From Octopus vulgaris (Eukaryota): DNA of 64,000 bases. The stretch covers positions 76,260,001 through 76,324,000 of the forward strand of contig OX597831.1 in the NCBI GenBank assembly GCA_951406725.2, read 5' to 3'. A program made the translations under genes and the position numbers. Numbering within the stretch: position 1 is the stretch's first letter; the number at the start of each line of letters is the position of its first letter. Below, in pieces: positions 39,334-53,712 of this stretch. Under the pieces are notes generated by a model. The model was not told where the DNA came from. It saw nothing but the letters and a program-made list of their open reading frames with translations, and did not search any database.

Positions 39334-42300
39334 TTCTATGTTTGACTTTTGCTTTACATTTGCACAAGCTGGCTCCAAGTCTCACTCAGAGACCTCGAGA
39401 CAACAGGTTGGAAGTTCATGTTGGTGTTATGCCTAGGGTGCCATATATTTGGTTTTGTACATAGTGTTGTACTAGTGAATGCCTAAAAAAAACATACGAA
39501 AATTATGTTTGTTTTAAAACTTGAGATTACATATAAAGTATTTTGCGTAGGATATGAGCAGTTCCCATGAGCACTATCTTTTGAATTTCTGCTATTTTGG
39601 GGTTTCCTGGTATCTGAGTTAGGTAGCAATCAGCCCCTTTTGCTATCATTCCCAGGGCACCTATGATAACAGGTATTGTTTTAGTCTTCAGGTTCCACAT
39701 TTTGCTGATTTCTATTTCCAAATCTTTATATTTGCTCAGTTTTTGGTAGGTCTTGACAGATACGTTTATATCGATTGGGACAGTCATATCAATGAGGAGG
39801 CATGTTTTTTGTCTGAAGTATTTTACTATGATGTCTGGCCTATTCGCGTCTATCTTTCTATCAGTTTGAATGGTGAAGTTCCAGAGAAGTGAGATGTGAT
39901 CATTTTCAAGCACTGGAGGTGGTTTGTGTTCCCACCAGTTTTTATCATGGGGCAAGTCCAGGCTTCTGCAAATTACCCAGTGAATATATTGTGCAGCTCT
40001 ATCATGCCTGTTGAGATACTCTGTAGGCGCTAGAAGACTGCACTTGGAGACAACATGATCAATGGTTTCATTTTGTTGTTGACATACATGACATGTTGGG
40101 CTACTGCCGTTCTTTAATATGTTGGCCTGGTAGTTCCTTGTAGGTAGGCATTGATCTTGAGCTGCTATGATAAACCTTTCTGTTTCAGATTTCAAGCCAG
40201 AAACCATTAGCCATTGATGGGTGAGGGCTTTGTCAACATCTGCATTATTCACTCTCTTTGGGTATTTACCATTGAGAGGTTTTTCTTGCCATTTATCATT
40301 CAGAATTTCTAAGGCAGCAGTTTTATCACGGATTTTCATGCCCTTGGCCTTTTCTGTGCTTGTTTCTTGTGTGTCTAATTCCGGAATTTGTTGTATTCGG
40401 AATTCACTTAGATATTCCTTTGCCTGTTTTGTTACTGAGTATGATGCTTTCTTGTTTTCATGTTTTGAGACAAGTTTTAACATCCAGTCCTCAGAGTTTT
40501 TCAGGTAGGTGTCTAGGCCAATTGTAGCAATCTTCATTGTTATTGCCAGTTGTAAAAGTCCACGGCCTCCCTCTTTTCTTGGCAGATAAAGTCGTTCTAT
40601 ATCTGCCTTAGGGTGGTGCATTCTATGCATTGTCAACAGTTTTCGTATTTTTCTGTCAAGATTACATATTTCAGTAATTGACCAGTTAACGATATTGAAA
40701 CTGTAAGCCACGACTGGTATGGCTAGAGCATTGATCGCTTCGATCCTGTTTCTCGCATTCAGCTCTGTCTTGAGTATTGCTCTTACTCTGCGATAACATT
40801 CTCTCCTGATCCTTTCCTTCATCATTGAATGCCTTATTCCATCCCCTTCAATTACCCCTAGGTACTTGTAGCTCTCCACTGGGTCTAACTCTTTTATGAC
40901 ATTCTGCTGGTCGAGGTTAACGTTAGATGTTTCTGTCATTTTCCCTTTGATAAAAGTAGCTTTTGCACATCTATCGAGGCCAAATTGCATTCTGATGTCA
41001 CCGCTGAATTGTTTGACTATCGTTAGTAAGCCCTTGAGTTTTTGGTCATTTTTTGCAAAGAGTTTAAATCATCCATGTAAATGAGATGATTTATATTTTT
41101 ATCAAACATTTTATATCCGTACTGTGCGTCATTGAGCAATTTTGAGAGAGGTATTAAGGCTAAACAAAAGAGGAGTGGTGATAGTTAGTCGCCCTGGAAA
41201 ATGCCACATGAAATTTTTACATCACCAGCATTTAGGGATTCATTGTCACTGTTCAGAGTTAGTGTGGTTCTCCATGATCTCATACTTACAGTCAAGAAGT
41301 TTTGCAGAGTAGGTGCTATCTTACACATTTCCAGGCATTTCCTAATCCAGCTATGTGGTAGGCTATCAAAAGCCTTTTTATAGTCTATCCAGTTTATTGA
41401 CAAGTTTTTGTGACAATCTTCTAAGATCATCTTATTGATGAGTAGCTGATCTTTACAACCATAGGATCCACATTGACATCTTTTCTATTCATTAGGGAAT
41501 ATGCTGCTGTCTATTAAAAAACTATAGGTATATTCCGTTAGGACCGATGTTAGCGTTTTATACATAGTTGTTAAGCAGGTTATGGGTCTATAGTTATTTG
41601 GTTCATTTGTTTCTTCACTTTTTGGGAGCAAGAATGTTAAACCATTAGCTAGCCAAGCAGGCATCCTACTAGGGTGTTGCAAAACACCATTGTAAAGTTC
41701 TGTTAGCAGTTCATGGCTCTCTGGGAAGACATTCAACCAGAAGTTAGGGCTTTTATCTTTTCCTGGAGACTTTCATTTGCTTGACCTCCTGAGAGCAGAT
41801 CTTACATCTTCTACCTTGACACCCTCCCACTTTTGCTCCTCTAAGAAGTACAAGTCCGTAGCTATTCTATCAATCCAAGGGGCCTTTTCGTTGTGTTTTT
41901 TCTTCTGCCCAAATTTTATTCCAAAAACCATGCACTTCGTCTTTTGATGGTAACTGGTGCTTTCCCTATCTTCCTGTAAAAAATTTGGGGGTTATTTTTG
42001 AACATGTTGTTGTCCTTGAAGAATCTGACACGCTTTTCATACCTCGCTATGCGGGCGGCTTTAGCAGATACCTTTTGCTTGATGGTTTCTATGGTGGCAT
42101 CAATATCAAGTATAGTTTTCATATATTTTTCCTTTAATTTTTCGGTTTTTGTAGGTTTGGTAGTCTTGTCAACCTTACGGTTTTTCAAATATTCAGTGTC
42201 AGACCTAAGTAGTTTAATTTGATGTTGGATACGCTCTTGCCAAGAAGGGTTTTTGTGGGAATGTTGCCGTTTTCTAATCTTTTCATCACATAGGATCGTT

Positions 42301-42341
42301 GAGATTTTCGCGGATGCATAGTACTGGTGGTTGAGATCTGT
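39334..42341 (-). mobile_element. R4/Dong-clade LINE (family 2), ~3 kb, 5'-truncated, within (ATT)n
   Basis: RT motifs YRPITCL, WIDYKKAFDSL, GIFQGD, HLIYMDD, YKYLG; CHVC…H…C, RHD, RPDII…LID; (ATT)n on both flanks. Confidence 0.92.
39527..42340 (-). pseudogene. RT-RLE polyprotein of Dong family 2, frameshifted
   Basis: Open 487-aa C-terminal ORF (39527-40990) plus broken upstream ORFs 41185-41430, 41485-41736 and 41916-42188. Confidence 0.9.
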
Positions 42342-42343
42342 AA

Positions 42344-42416
<73 letters not shown>

Positions 42417-43004
42417 TCAACAACTACAAGAAGAAGAAGAAGAAGAAGAAGAAGAAGAAGAGGAAGAGGAAGAAGAAGGAGAAGAAGAAGAAGAGGGAGA
42501 AGAAGAAGAAGAAGAAGAAGAAGAAGAAGAAGAAGAAGAAGAAGAAGAAATAACTATGTAAAAAGATAATTAATCATTATTTTGATAAAAAGTACCCATT
42601 CAACTAAACGGACACCAACGATTTGAGGTCCCTCATAGTCCCCTAATTATATAAATTACTCCCTAATCAAACGCACCAATCACTCAGCTAACCAGCCCCT
42701 AGGATTTAGGTGCTGCCAATGTCCAATGTGTGTCAGGTTGAAATAAGTTCGTTTCCAAACAAGGTGTATATTTACGAAGGGATTATCGTGTTTTTATCTG
42801 GATCTTATTTAATCCGTCATGGCGTCGTCGTAGTTTTTAAATAGTAATATATAATATTACTATGTAGAGTAGCGAATGATAAAAAGAAAGAAATACAATC
42901 AGTGTATAAACAAAACGAAACACATACATATATACATATGCATATATACATACAAGCACACGTGCACACACACATAAATATGTACATATGTAAACATGTA
43001 TATA

Positions 43005-43043
<39 letters not shown>

Positions 43044-43062
43044 AAATATATGTATATATATA

Positions 43063-43093
<31 letters not shown>

Positions 43094-43402
43094 GTCTATA
43101 TATATATGCATATATATGTGTGTATATATATATGTATATGTATATATATATATATGTATATATATATGTATATATATATATGTATATATATGTATATATA
43201 TATATAGATATACATATATATGTCAATATACATGTATATATATATATGTATATATATGCATATATATGTATGTATATATATATATATATATATGTCTCTT
43301 TATATATATGTATATATATATGTATATATGTATATATATATATATATGTATATACATATAAAAATGTATATATAGATATGTACATGTGTATTTGTATATA
43401 TA

Positions 43403-43445
<43 letters not shown>

Positions 43446-43583
43446 GTATACAAATGTATATATAGTTATGTACATGTGTATTTGTGTATATATATATATA
43501 TATATAAAATGAGGGAAAGACAGTTATCATAGGCAATAAACATCTAGACGTGTAGATACATATATAAGAATATATGCATTGTG

Positions 43584-43619
<36 letters not shown>

Positions 43620-43718
43620 GCCACTGCTTTCCCTGCTGAGCTGGCCCTCGATAAAGATAGCGCTGTGTAAGTTCAAATCATTTGAGCGCTATCAAGTGTT
43701 TTCTAATCTGTTGATTAA

Positions 43719-43759
<41 letters not shown>

Positions 43760-44066
43760 AAGAGAGGTGTAGATACAAGTATACATACATGGATGCTTAC
43801 AAATATGCAATCACATCTGCATATGAATTTAGCGACAAGAGGAAACAGTACTCATTACACAAGGTAGAGTATAATTCCATAAAGACATGTGAGTTTCGGG
43901 AGAAATCCTTCGCTCTTAATATCGTCTCCCTCTTTTATTCACAGTCGCCACATGTGTCCTTTTAATTTCAATAAATTTAGAATTTATTTTGTACAGCATT
44001 TGATGCAAAATGCTGATATTAAGTGGAAGTCTCCACGGAAAAAGGAACTGCGACAGGAGTCATTTC

Positions 44067-45445
<1,379 letters not shown>

Positions 45446-45470
45446 ATAAAAATAATTAATAATTACGATG

Positions 45471-45515
<45 letters not shown>

Positions 45516-45764
45516 GTAATAATAATCTGAAAGAATTCCTCTCAACACATGACTACGATGATCCCCAATTACTTTTGGTCATGATCAAAGATATACAGAT
45601 CGTCAGCCACTAAGGGACATGCTCAACTGGTTACGGTCAAACATCTGACAAGCAAACCTGTGGTATTGAGCAGGCTATTTGCTGTAGCCCATCTGTTATG
45701 CAGACAAAACACATTATTATTAGTAGTATCAGTATTAGTATTTGTATTATCATTATTATTATTA

Positions 45765-46540
45765 TTGCCTTAGCACAGTTTGTAACGCTGGAGATGTACT
45801 ACGGTGTCAGCTGTTCACTACCAGTGAACTAAGGTAACACCTCTTACTTTTCAAGCATCTTCCGGAGTATTCGAGCAGTTCCAAGCAGTGCTGTTTTCTG
45901 CAAGTGCTCCACCCTTATTGCAGCCCCTATTTGTTCCATGTACTTCTCGAGATTTTTACTCACTGTTCCCAGGGCACCAACAATTTTTGTTGCTAATGCT
46001 ACCTTTTTTATCGACCACAACTGCTTAACATCCCAAGCTAACCTGTCATATCTCTCGACTTTCTTTCTTCCTTATGGCATACCTTGTTGTCAGCTGGGCA
46101 TGCTATATCTATGATCCAATAGAGTTTGTTTTCTTTCTCAATTAAGACTATGTCTGGCTGCCTATTCTCTATCTCCTGGTCGCATTGAATCATAAAATCC
46201 CATAGCATCTTTGCATTTCTATTTTGGACAAAGCCTTCAGTTTTGTTACATTACCAATTTTTTGCTCTGTCAAGTCCATACTTGTTGCAAAGTATCCAAT
46301 GGACAAGCCTGGCTATATTGTCGTGGCGTCTCTTATATTCCCCCTAGGTTAGTGGCGTACATTGACTGGTAATATGTCATACGGTTTCACTGTTTTCTCC
46401 ACAGATTCTGCACTTATCACTTTCTGTTGTGTTGTCTATTCTGTATTTTATGTAGTTTGTTCTTAGTGCTTGCTCTTGGGCAGCACAGATTAGAGCCTCC
46501 GTTCCCGGTTTTAAATCATTTTTAGTCATCCACAGCCATC
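45765..46540 (-). mobile_element. R4/Dong-clade LINE family 3, decayed 3' part
   Basis: TEALICAAQEQALRT…CRIC…H…C…RRHD…PDIVL…IDIA; ends at (ATT)n. Confidence 0.8.
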
Positions 46541-47263
46541 TGAAAAATGCTATGAAAAAATACCGTTATATAAAGGGAAATTACTGTGTTATAATTCTGC
46601 TACATATATAAATTAAGATTAAAAGTTTATATGTATATTAATTTTTTGTGTACGCATATATAAACATGCGCGGGTATGTACATATATGGGCGTGTGTGTG
46701 TGTGTATGAGTGCATAAGGGCATGTCCGTATATGAACGTGGTTTTTACGCTTTGTATACTTCTTTATGTTTTTTTCTGTTACTTTTAACCATGTTTTTTC
46801 TTGTGCTTGTGCGTATATAGACATATGTATGAACTTTTACGGTACGCGCGTGTGTGTGTGTGTATGAGTTTGTATAAATATGCGTATGCATTTGGCGAAA
46901 AATGCAAGTGAAGATGTGTACGTTTTCATAGTGACGTATAAGTACGCACGTGGGTCCGCGAGCACACATGTGAGCGTATGAGTAGCCATGTTTAGGTGTT
47001 TACTATGAACTTTTAATCTTAATTTATATAAGTAGCAGACTTATAACACAGTAATTTCCCTTTATATAACGGTATTTTTTCATAGCATTTTTCAGATGGC
47101 CAGATAACCGAAGAGATGGTGTTGTGGATTTCCACTTCGGAATCTGAAACTCAGAGTTTTATCTTGACTATTGAGTAATTGTAACATATTATTTTATAGA
47201 TAAATTTCCTCTATTTACATAATATTGAGGTATCTTTCTTTCTTTTGTTATCTTACCGTTTTT

Positions 47264-47270
<7 letters not shown>
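46535..47270. mobile_element. Penelope-like inverted repeat (46535-46627 / 47008-47100) with adjacent hammerhead-like motif 47102-47164 (+)
   Basis: AGATAA-CCGAAGA-GAT…GTGGA tt TCCAC…ATC t-GAAA-CTCAGAG-TT-TTATCT; tail ends in (TA)n. Confidence 0.6.
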
Positions 47271-47334
<64 letters not shown>

Positions 47335-47343
47335 ATATATATG

Positions 47344-47550
47344 GCAACAAGTTGCTTAAACCACATACCGAAAAAATTAGAAATAGCAGTCAAAGGGCTA
47401 TTTCTAATTTTTTCGGTATCTGGTTTAAGCAACTTGTTGCAAAAAACCCTTATTATAATTATATAAATTTTTACCGAATATGGTCCTTTCCATACCGAAA
47501 TACTACTAGGTGAAATTTATTGATTTTATTAACTTAATTATATTTCACCC
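47344..47550. repeat. 44-bp-arm hairpin (47344-47440) of the pLTR tail family
   Basis: gcaacaagttgcttaaacc…aaatagc / gctattt…gcaacttgttgc; matches 1214-1262. Confidence 0.75.
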
Positions 47551-48126
47551 TTTATCATCTCCTCTCTCCCCTCCCCCACATCTCTCTTCCCTCCTCCACT
47601 CTTCTCTTCTCTTCTCTCCCTCTTTCACTCTCCCCACAACCCCCAGCCGAACCCACACCCCACATGGGCTTTCCCCACCTCCCACCACACTACACTACAC
47701 TACACCATACGACACTACACCATACGACATTACACATCACATCATACATACATACACACGTCCAGACCTTTCATACGCACATACATACTCTCTCATACAC
47801 ACACGTACCCTTATGTTGGGGCGAGGTCATTTGATCTTGTTATCTCCCCTACTATCCCTCTTGCGTCTAACGTCTGATCTCTGACTTCTGGCCTAAATCA
47901 GACCGCCATGTTAAATCGTTAGCTCCTGCACGCATTTTTTCTCTCTCTCCTTGTTTCTCTCCTTGTTTCTCTCCTTGTTTCTTTTCTGTGTATCTTTCTG
48001 TTGAAGAGCGTAGGCTCGAAACGTAAAAGACTTGTTTTATTTCTATTCCTGAGCGCCACACTAATACAATTGTTTGTTTGTACTCCACCTGCCTTCGTCT
48101 TTTGTTTATTTTCATAAAGCTTCCCG

Positions 48127-48238
<112 letters not shown>

Positions 48239-48529
48239 TATATACCACACTTGTGATCTTGTATTTTTAAGTTCACACCACCTCTTCTAAAATTCATTTC
48301 TTGAAGAAATTGTTAACAACTTGGAGAATAATTTGTATGAGATACGATAATATATTATAAAAATACACACAGACCCTTGTTTTTTTCTAATTGGAACCAT
48401 TTACTAATAAATGGAACAAATTGTTCCAGAAATCTCAGGAGACTTGACTGATTTATTTTCATATTTTATATTCCTGTTAAGATTTGTGTTTACAATTCAC
48501 TGATGCTTTTGTGAAACACGCCTCAAGTA

Positions 48530-49350
48530 TGCCTTACACACACATACTCTCACACGCATGCAGATACACACACGCGCACGCAGTTACACTCACATAAAAA
48601 CACACGCAGGCACACACACATTCACACAGGCACCACGCAGACAAACACACGCACCCACATGTACATAAAAATGGATACACACACGTACGCATGCGTGCAC
48701 ACGCACACACACACACACTTACACACACGCAGATACACACGCGCGCAGACACACACACGCATCCGCATGCACACACACACGGATGTACATAAAAATGTTT
48801 GTTATGTACATTCAAACACACATACAACCATACCCCACACACACACACGCGCGCACAGACACACACACACGCAGACACACACACACACGCAGACACACAC
48901 GCAGACACGCACACACACAGTCACATACGCAGACATGCACACACACTCACACGCATGCAGACACACACGCACCCACATGCACGCACACACAATTACATAA
49001 AAATGGATGTTATATACATTCCAGACACACATACACGCACACACACACACACACCCACACACACGCACGCAGACACACACACGCACGCAGACACACACAC
49101 AGACACACACACGCAGACATACACACACACAGTCACACACGCACGCACACACACACACGCAGACACACAATCACGCATGCAGATACACACATACATGCAC
49201 ACACACACACACACGCATGCAGACACACACACGCACCCACTTGCATGCACACACATGTACATAAAAATGGATGTTATATACACTCCAGACACACGCACAC
49301 ACACACACACACACAAATACACGCACGCGCACACACACTCACATGCTCAC
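48530..49350. repeat. CA-rich minisatellite with recurring acataaaaatg(g)atg unit
   Basis: Seen directly. Confidence 0.8.
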
Positions 49351-49529
49351 ATATGTAGCAAAAATAACGGTTTCAAATTCTAGTTGAAGGCCAGAAATCT
49401 TAAGGGCCGGGTTGACTGATAATTATCGACTCCCAAACGATAAAAAGACAAAACTACCTCAACGGATTTTGAAACCGTTTGAAGACTCTATCCCGAAATA
49501 GAACTAACAGTCAATGCGAGGCATTAAAC

Positions 49530-49820
49530 ATTCACGGTCGGTTAGGTCGTGAGTTCAATTCTCGGTGACCTGTTCTGTCCTTGAGCAAGACACTTTATTT
49601 CACGTTGCTCCAGTCCTCTTAGCTGGCAAAATTGAGTTGTACCCGTAATTCAAAGAGGCCACCCTTGTTACATTCGGTATGACACTGAGTCACCCTGAGA
49701 ACTATGTGAAGGGTACGCGTGTCTGCGGAATACTCAACCACATGCATGTTAATTTCACGAACAGGCTGTTCCGACAGTCGGATCAACTGGAGCCCTCGTC
49801 GTCGTAACCGACGGAGAGCC
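49530..49820 (+). mobile_element. SINE C/D-type copy
   Basis: gagttcaattc B-box, ccttgagcaagacactt, tail ccctcgtcgtcgtaaccgacgg. Confidence 0.75.
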
Positions 49821-50480
49821 AGAATAGATTCTGTGGTTGTGTGTGTGTGTATGATATATGTGATGGTATGTATGTGTGTGTGATGGTATGTGTGTGTGAT
49901 GGTGTGTATGTGTGTGTGATGAAATGTGTATGTGTGTGAGGATTTATTTGATGGTGTGTGTGTGTGATGGTATGTGTGTGTGTGTGATGGTATTTGTATG
50001 TGTGTGAGGATGTGTGTACGTGTGATTGTATGTGTGTGTGTGTGTGTGATGGAATGTGTATGTGTGGGGATGTGTGCATGTGTGATTGTATGTGTGTGTG
50101 TGTGATGATATGTGTATGTGTGTGAGGATGTGTGCATGTGTGATGGTGTGTATGTGTGATGATGATGATGATGAGTGTGTGTGTCTATGTGTCCGTGTAT
50201 GCGTATATATAAATATATATGTGTGTGTGTGTGTGTGTGAACACTCATAGGCTTTAATACCCCTATCCATTTATCCTCCAGCCTCGGCATCATATATCTT
50301 AGCGTACCCTTAGTTCCTAAAGCACGGCTTTATCGCTGTATTTCACGTCACATTGTCAGACCTCCGTTGAGGGCATACGAAGGCTTCTAAAACTTTTAGG
50401 GTTGGCAAAATAATTTTAGATTTACGGATTTAGATTTAGCAAGTGCCCTGATCTAAGATCGTGTGCTGGAACAAAGCAAT

Positions 50481-50858
50481 TCTTTTCTATTCTAGTCACA
50501 AGGCCCAAAATTTTTGGGGAGGGGAATAGTCGATTAGATCGACTCCTGGACGCAACTGGTACTTACTTTATCGACTCCGTAAGGATGAAAGGCAAAGTCG
50601 ACCTCGGCGGAATTTGAACTCAGAGCGTAAAGACACACGAAATACCTATTTCTATTTCTTTACTTCTTTACTTCCACAGAGAGGACTAACAAGGACAGAC
50701 AAACGGATTAAGTTGATTTTATCGACCCCAGTGCGTAACTGGTACTTATTTAATCGACCCCGAAAGGATGAAAGGCAAAGTCGACCTCGGCGGAATTTGA
50801 ACTCAGAACATAACGGCAGACGAAATACGGCTACGCATTTCGCCCGGCGTGCTCGCCG
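50481..50858 (-). mobile_element. Dimeric SINE B
   Basis: Same two-unit architecture as 3623-4018. Confidence 0.85.
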
Positions 50859-50883
50859 CATTTGAAACAAAAAAAATTGCTGC

Positions 50884-51103
50884 GTGGAAAGTGTTTATAC
50901 ACCATTTAAAAACACACAAAAACCGTTAGATTCACTTCAACGTTTAAATTTAATTTGTCAAAATATTTTCGTTGCTTTGAGACCGCGACCTATTCACTGA
51001 CAAAATTCAAGGCCAGGAAAATATTTTGACAAATTAAATTTAAATGTTGAAGAGAATCTAACGGTTTTTGTGTGTTTTTAAATGGCTTATAAATACCTTC
51101 CAC
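50884..51103. repeat. Fold-back (arms 50884-50970 / 51017-51103) with a hammerhead-topology spacer
   Basis: Minus strand 50954-51004: TTTGTCA-GTGAATA-g-GTCGC…GCAAC-GAAA-ATAT-TT-TGACAAA. Confidence 0.6.
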
Positions 51104-51157
51104 ATTGCAATATAATTTTATTTAGCTTTCATTTTTCATGGCCTTTAACAAACCTCG

Positions 51158-51550
51158 TACGCAGGCGTGGCTGTGTTGCTACGAAGCTTGTTTCTCAACC
51201 ACATGGTTCTAGGTTCAGTCTCTCTGCATGGCACCTTGGGTAGGTGTCTTCTACTATAGCCTAGGGCTAACCAAAGACGTGTTAGTGGATTTGGTGGATG
51301 GAAACTGAAAGAAGCTCGTCGTCCATATTCACGTGTGTGTATGTGTATGTGCGTCTATATTTGTCCCCCACCAACGCTTGACCGCTGCGGTTTTGCTGTG
51401 TTTACGTCCCCGTAACTTAGCAGTTCGGCAAAAGAGTCCGATAGAATTAGTAACAGGCTTGCAGAAGCTAATAAGTATTGGAGTCGATTCATTCGACTAA
51501 AGACGGCGCCCCAGCATGGCCGCAATCCAATGAATGAAACAATTAAAAGA
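51158..51550 (+). mobile_element. SINE A
   Basis: Full family match. Confidence 0.85.
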
Positions 51551-52002
51551 TACACGCATTTATGTACTCTCGGCTCACACGTAAACAGACACCCGTATAG
51601 ACATACACCCACCCCCAACGCATAAAAGAAAAACAACCAACATAATACCCGCCAAATTCCCTCTGCGTCTATTCGGTTTCGCTCTGATATTACCTTCATT
51701 TTTTAAAATATCACCGTCTGAAGATTCTAACCGGAAACGAAACTACGAGTCACTGCGAGGCATTAAACAATCCGATACTCGCAAGAAAGTATAATGCATA
51801 TTTGTATTGGCTTATCTCTAAGTAGTACTCATTACACTCGCGTTGCTCCTTATATGAGTGTGTGTGTGTGTGTATGTGTAAGTGCGCGCGCGTGTGTGTT
51901 TGCGTGCGCGTGTATACGGAGAGAAAGGATGGGTTTGATAAATACACATGTACACGCGTACACACTCACATACCGTTCTCTCAAAATCGTATATATACAT
52001 AC

Positions 52003-52034
<32 letters not shown>

Positions 52035-52099
52035 TCAAAAAGATACATACATACATACATACATATACATATATATATATATATACACATATACATACA

Positions 52100-52163
<64 letters not shown>

Positions 52164-52828
52164 CATACATACATACATACATATACATATATATATATAC
52201 ACATATACATATATATATATATACATACATACATACATACATACATACATACAAACATATATATATATATATATATGTACGAGTATATATCTGTGTACAC
52301 ACACAGAAATATATATACACACATATGCATATACCTACGCGCGCACACCACTCTTGTACGCTTCTGTGTGGTATATGTGTTCGTATGTATGTAAATGCAT
52401 AAGGAAAGAAAGGAAGGAAGAAGGAGATCAAGAAAGAAATAGGAAAGGAAAAGAAAGTGAAATATTTGAAGGAAATATAGGGGTGGCATTTGTGTTGATG
52501 GGTGGCCGGGTGGAGGGGTTTGTTGAAATGTCTAAAACAGAAGCAGAAAGATGAACCATTAACTTCAAACAGAATGGAAAACAGATGAGAGCTCGATGAA
52601 GCTGGAGGGAAGAAGGAAGGGCACTAGGTGTGATGGAGATGGGGAAGAGGGTTACGCACGCGGGTGTGTGTGTGTAGAGAGAGAGAGAGAGCAAGGATGA
52701 GATTAGGGATTAGTGGAGGATAGATAGATAGAATGATGGATAGATAGCATAGGTAAATAGGTAGACAGACAGGCAGACAGCAGACTATAGATATAGACAT
52801 ATAGAGGGATAGATAGATAGATGGATAG

Positions 52829-52895
<67 letters not shown>

Positions 52896-52907
52896 TGAGA
52901 GAGAGAA

Positions 52908-52970
<63 letters not shown>

Positions 52971-53220
52971 TCAAAATAAGCAACAATGATATCCTGAGGT
53001 AATGTAGTAAGATCGTTTCATGCGACTCCATTTAATTGAATAATGCAATCATTTCACTTTAACAGTTTAAAATGTAGACCAATCTTCAGCTGCACAAAGA
53101 CATACCTCTGGATATCCTTGTTGCGTATTTTGATTTTAAATATCTTATTTTGAAAATTATGGATAATACCATAATAAATTCTGGTGCCTCAACTTAGTAC
53201 CATATTCATCTGAATTTAGA
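52971..53220. mobile_element. pLTR-like fold-back (52971-53000 / 53103-53133) with hammerhead-like spacer 53002-53095 (-)
   Basis: GTGCAG-CTGAAGA-(long domain II)-GAAA-CGATCT-TA-CTACAT. Confidence 0.55.
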
Positions 53221-53275
53221 TACATGGATAGACATACAGACAAGCAGACAGACAGACAGACAGACAGATAGATAA

Positions 53276-53354
<79 letters not shown>

Positions 53355-53712
53355 TGTTTCTTTATTAGCCACACAGGGTTGCACACAGACGGGACAAATT
53401 ACAAGGTAGAGCTTTTCTTTTTGTGGATAAAAAAAAACGTGGGTTGGTTTTCGATTAAAAGGGATCGTAAATGGAAAGAAAGAGGAGAGCAAAAAATAAA
53501 TAAAAGCAAAAAAAAAGGGGGGAAAATAGAAATAAAAGGAAAAAGAAAAAATCGATCAATAGGGATCGTTATCACAGAAATGTCAATATAAAGTGTAAAG
53601 GAGAAGACATGGAAAGAAAAGCCTACGGAAAAGACCACAGTAACCTCGGTCAATGAAGTCACATGTTATACTTTTTTACAAATAAGCAACTCTCTGTATT
53701 AATTTTTACGGT

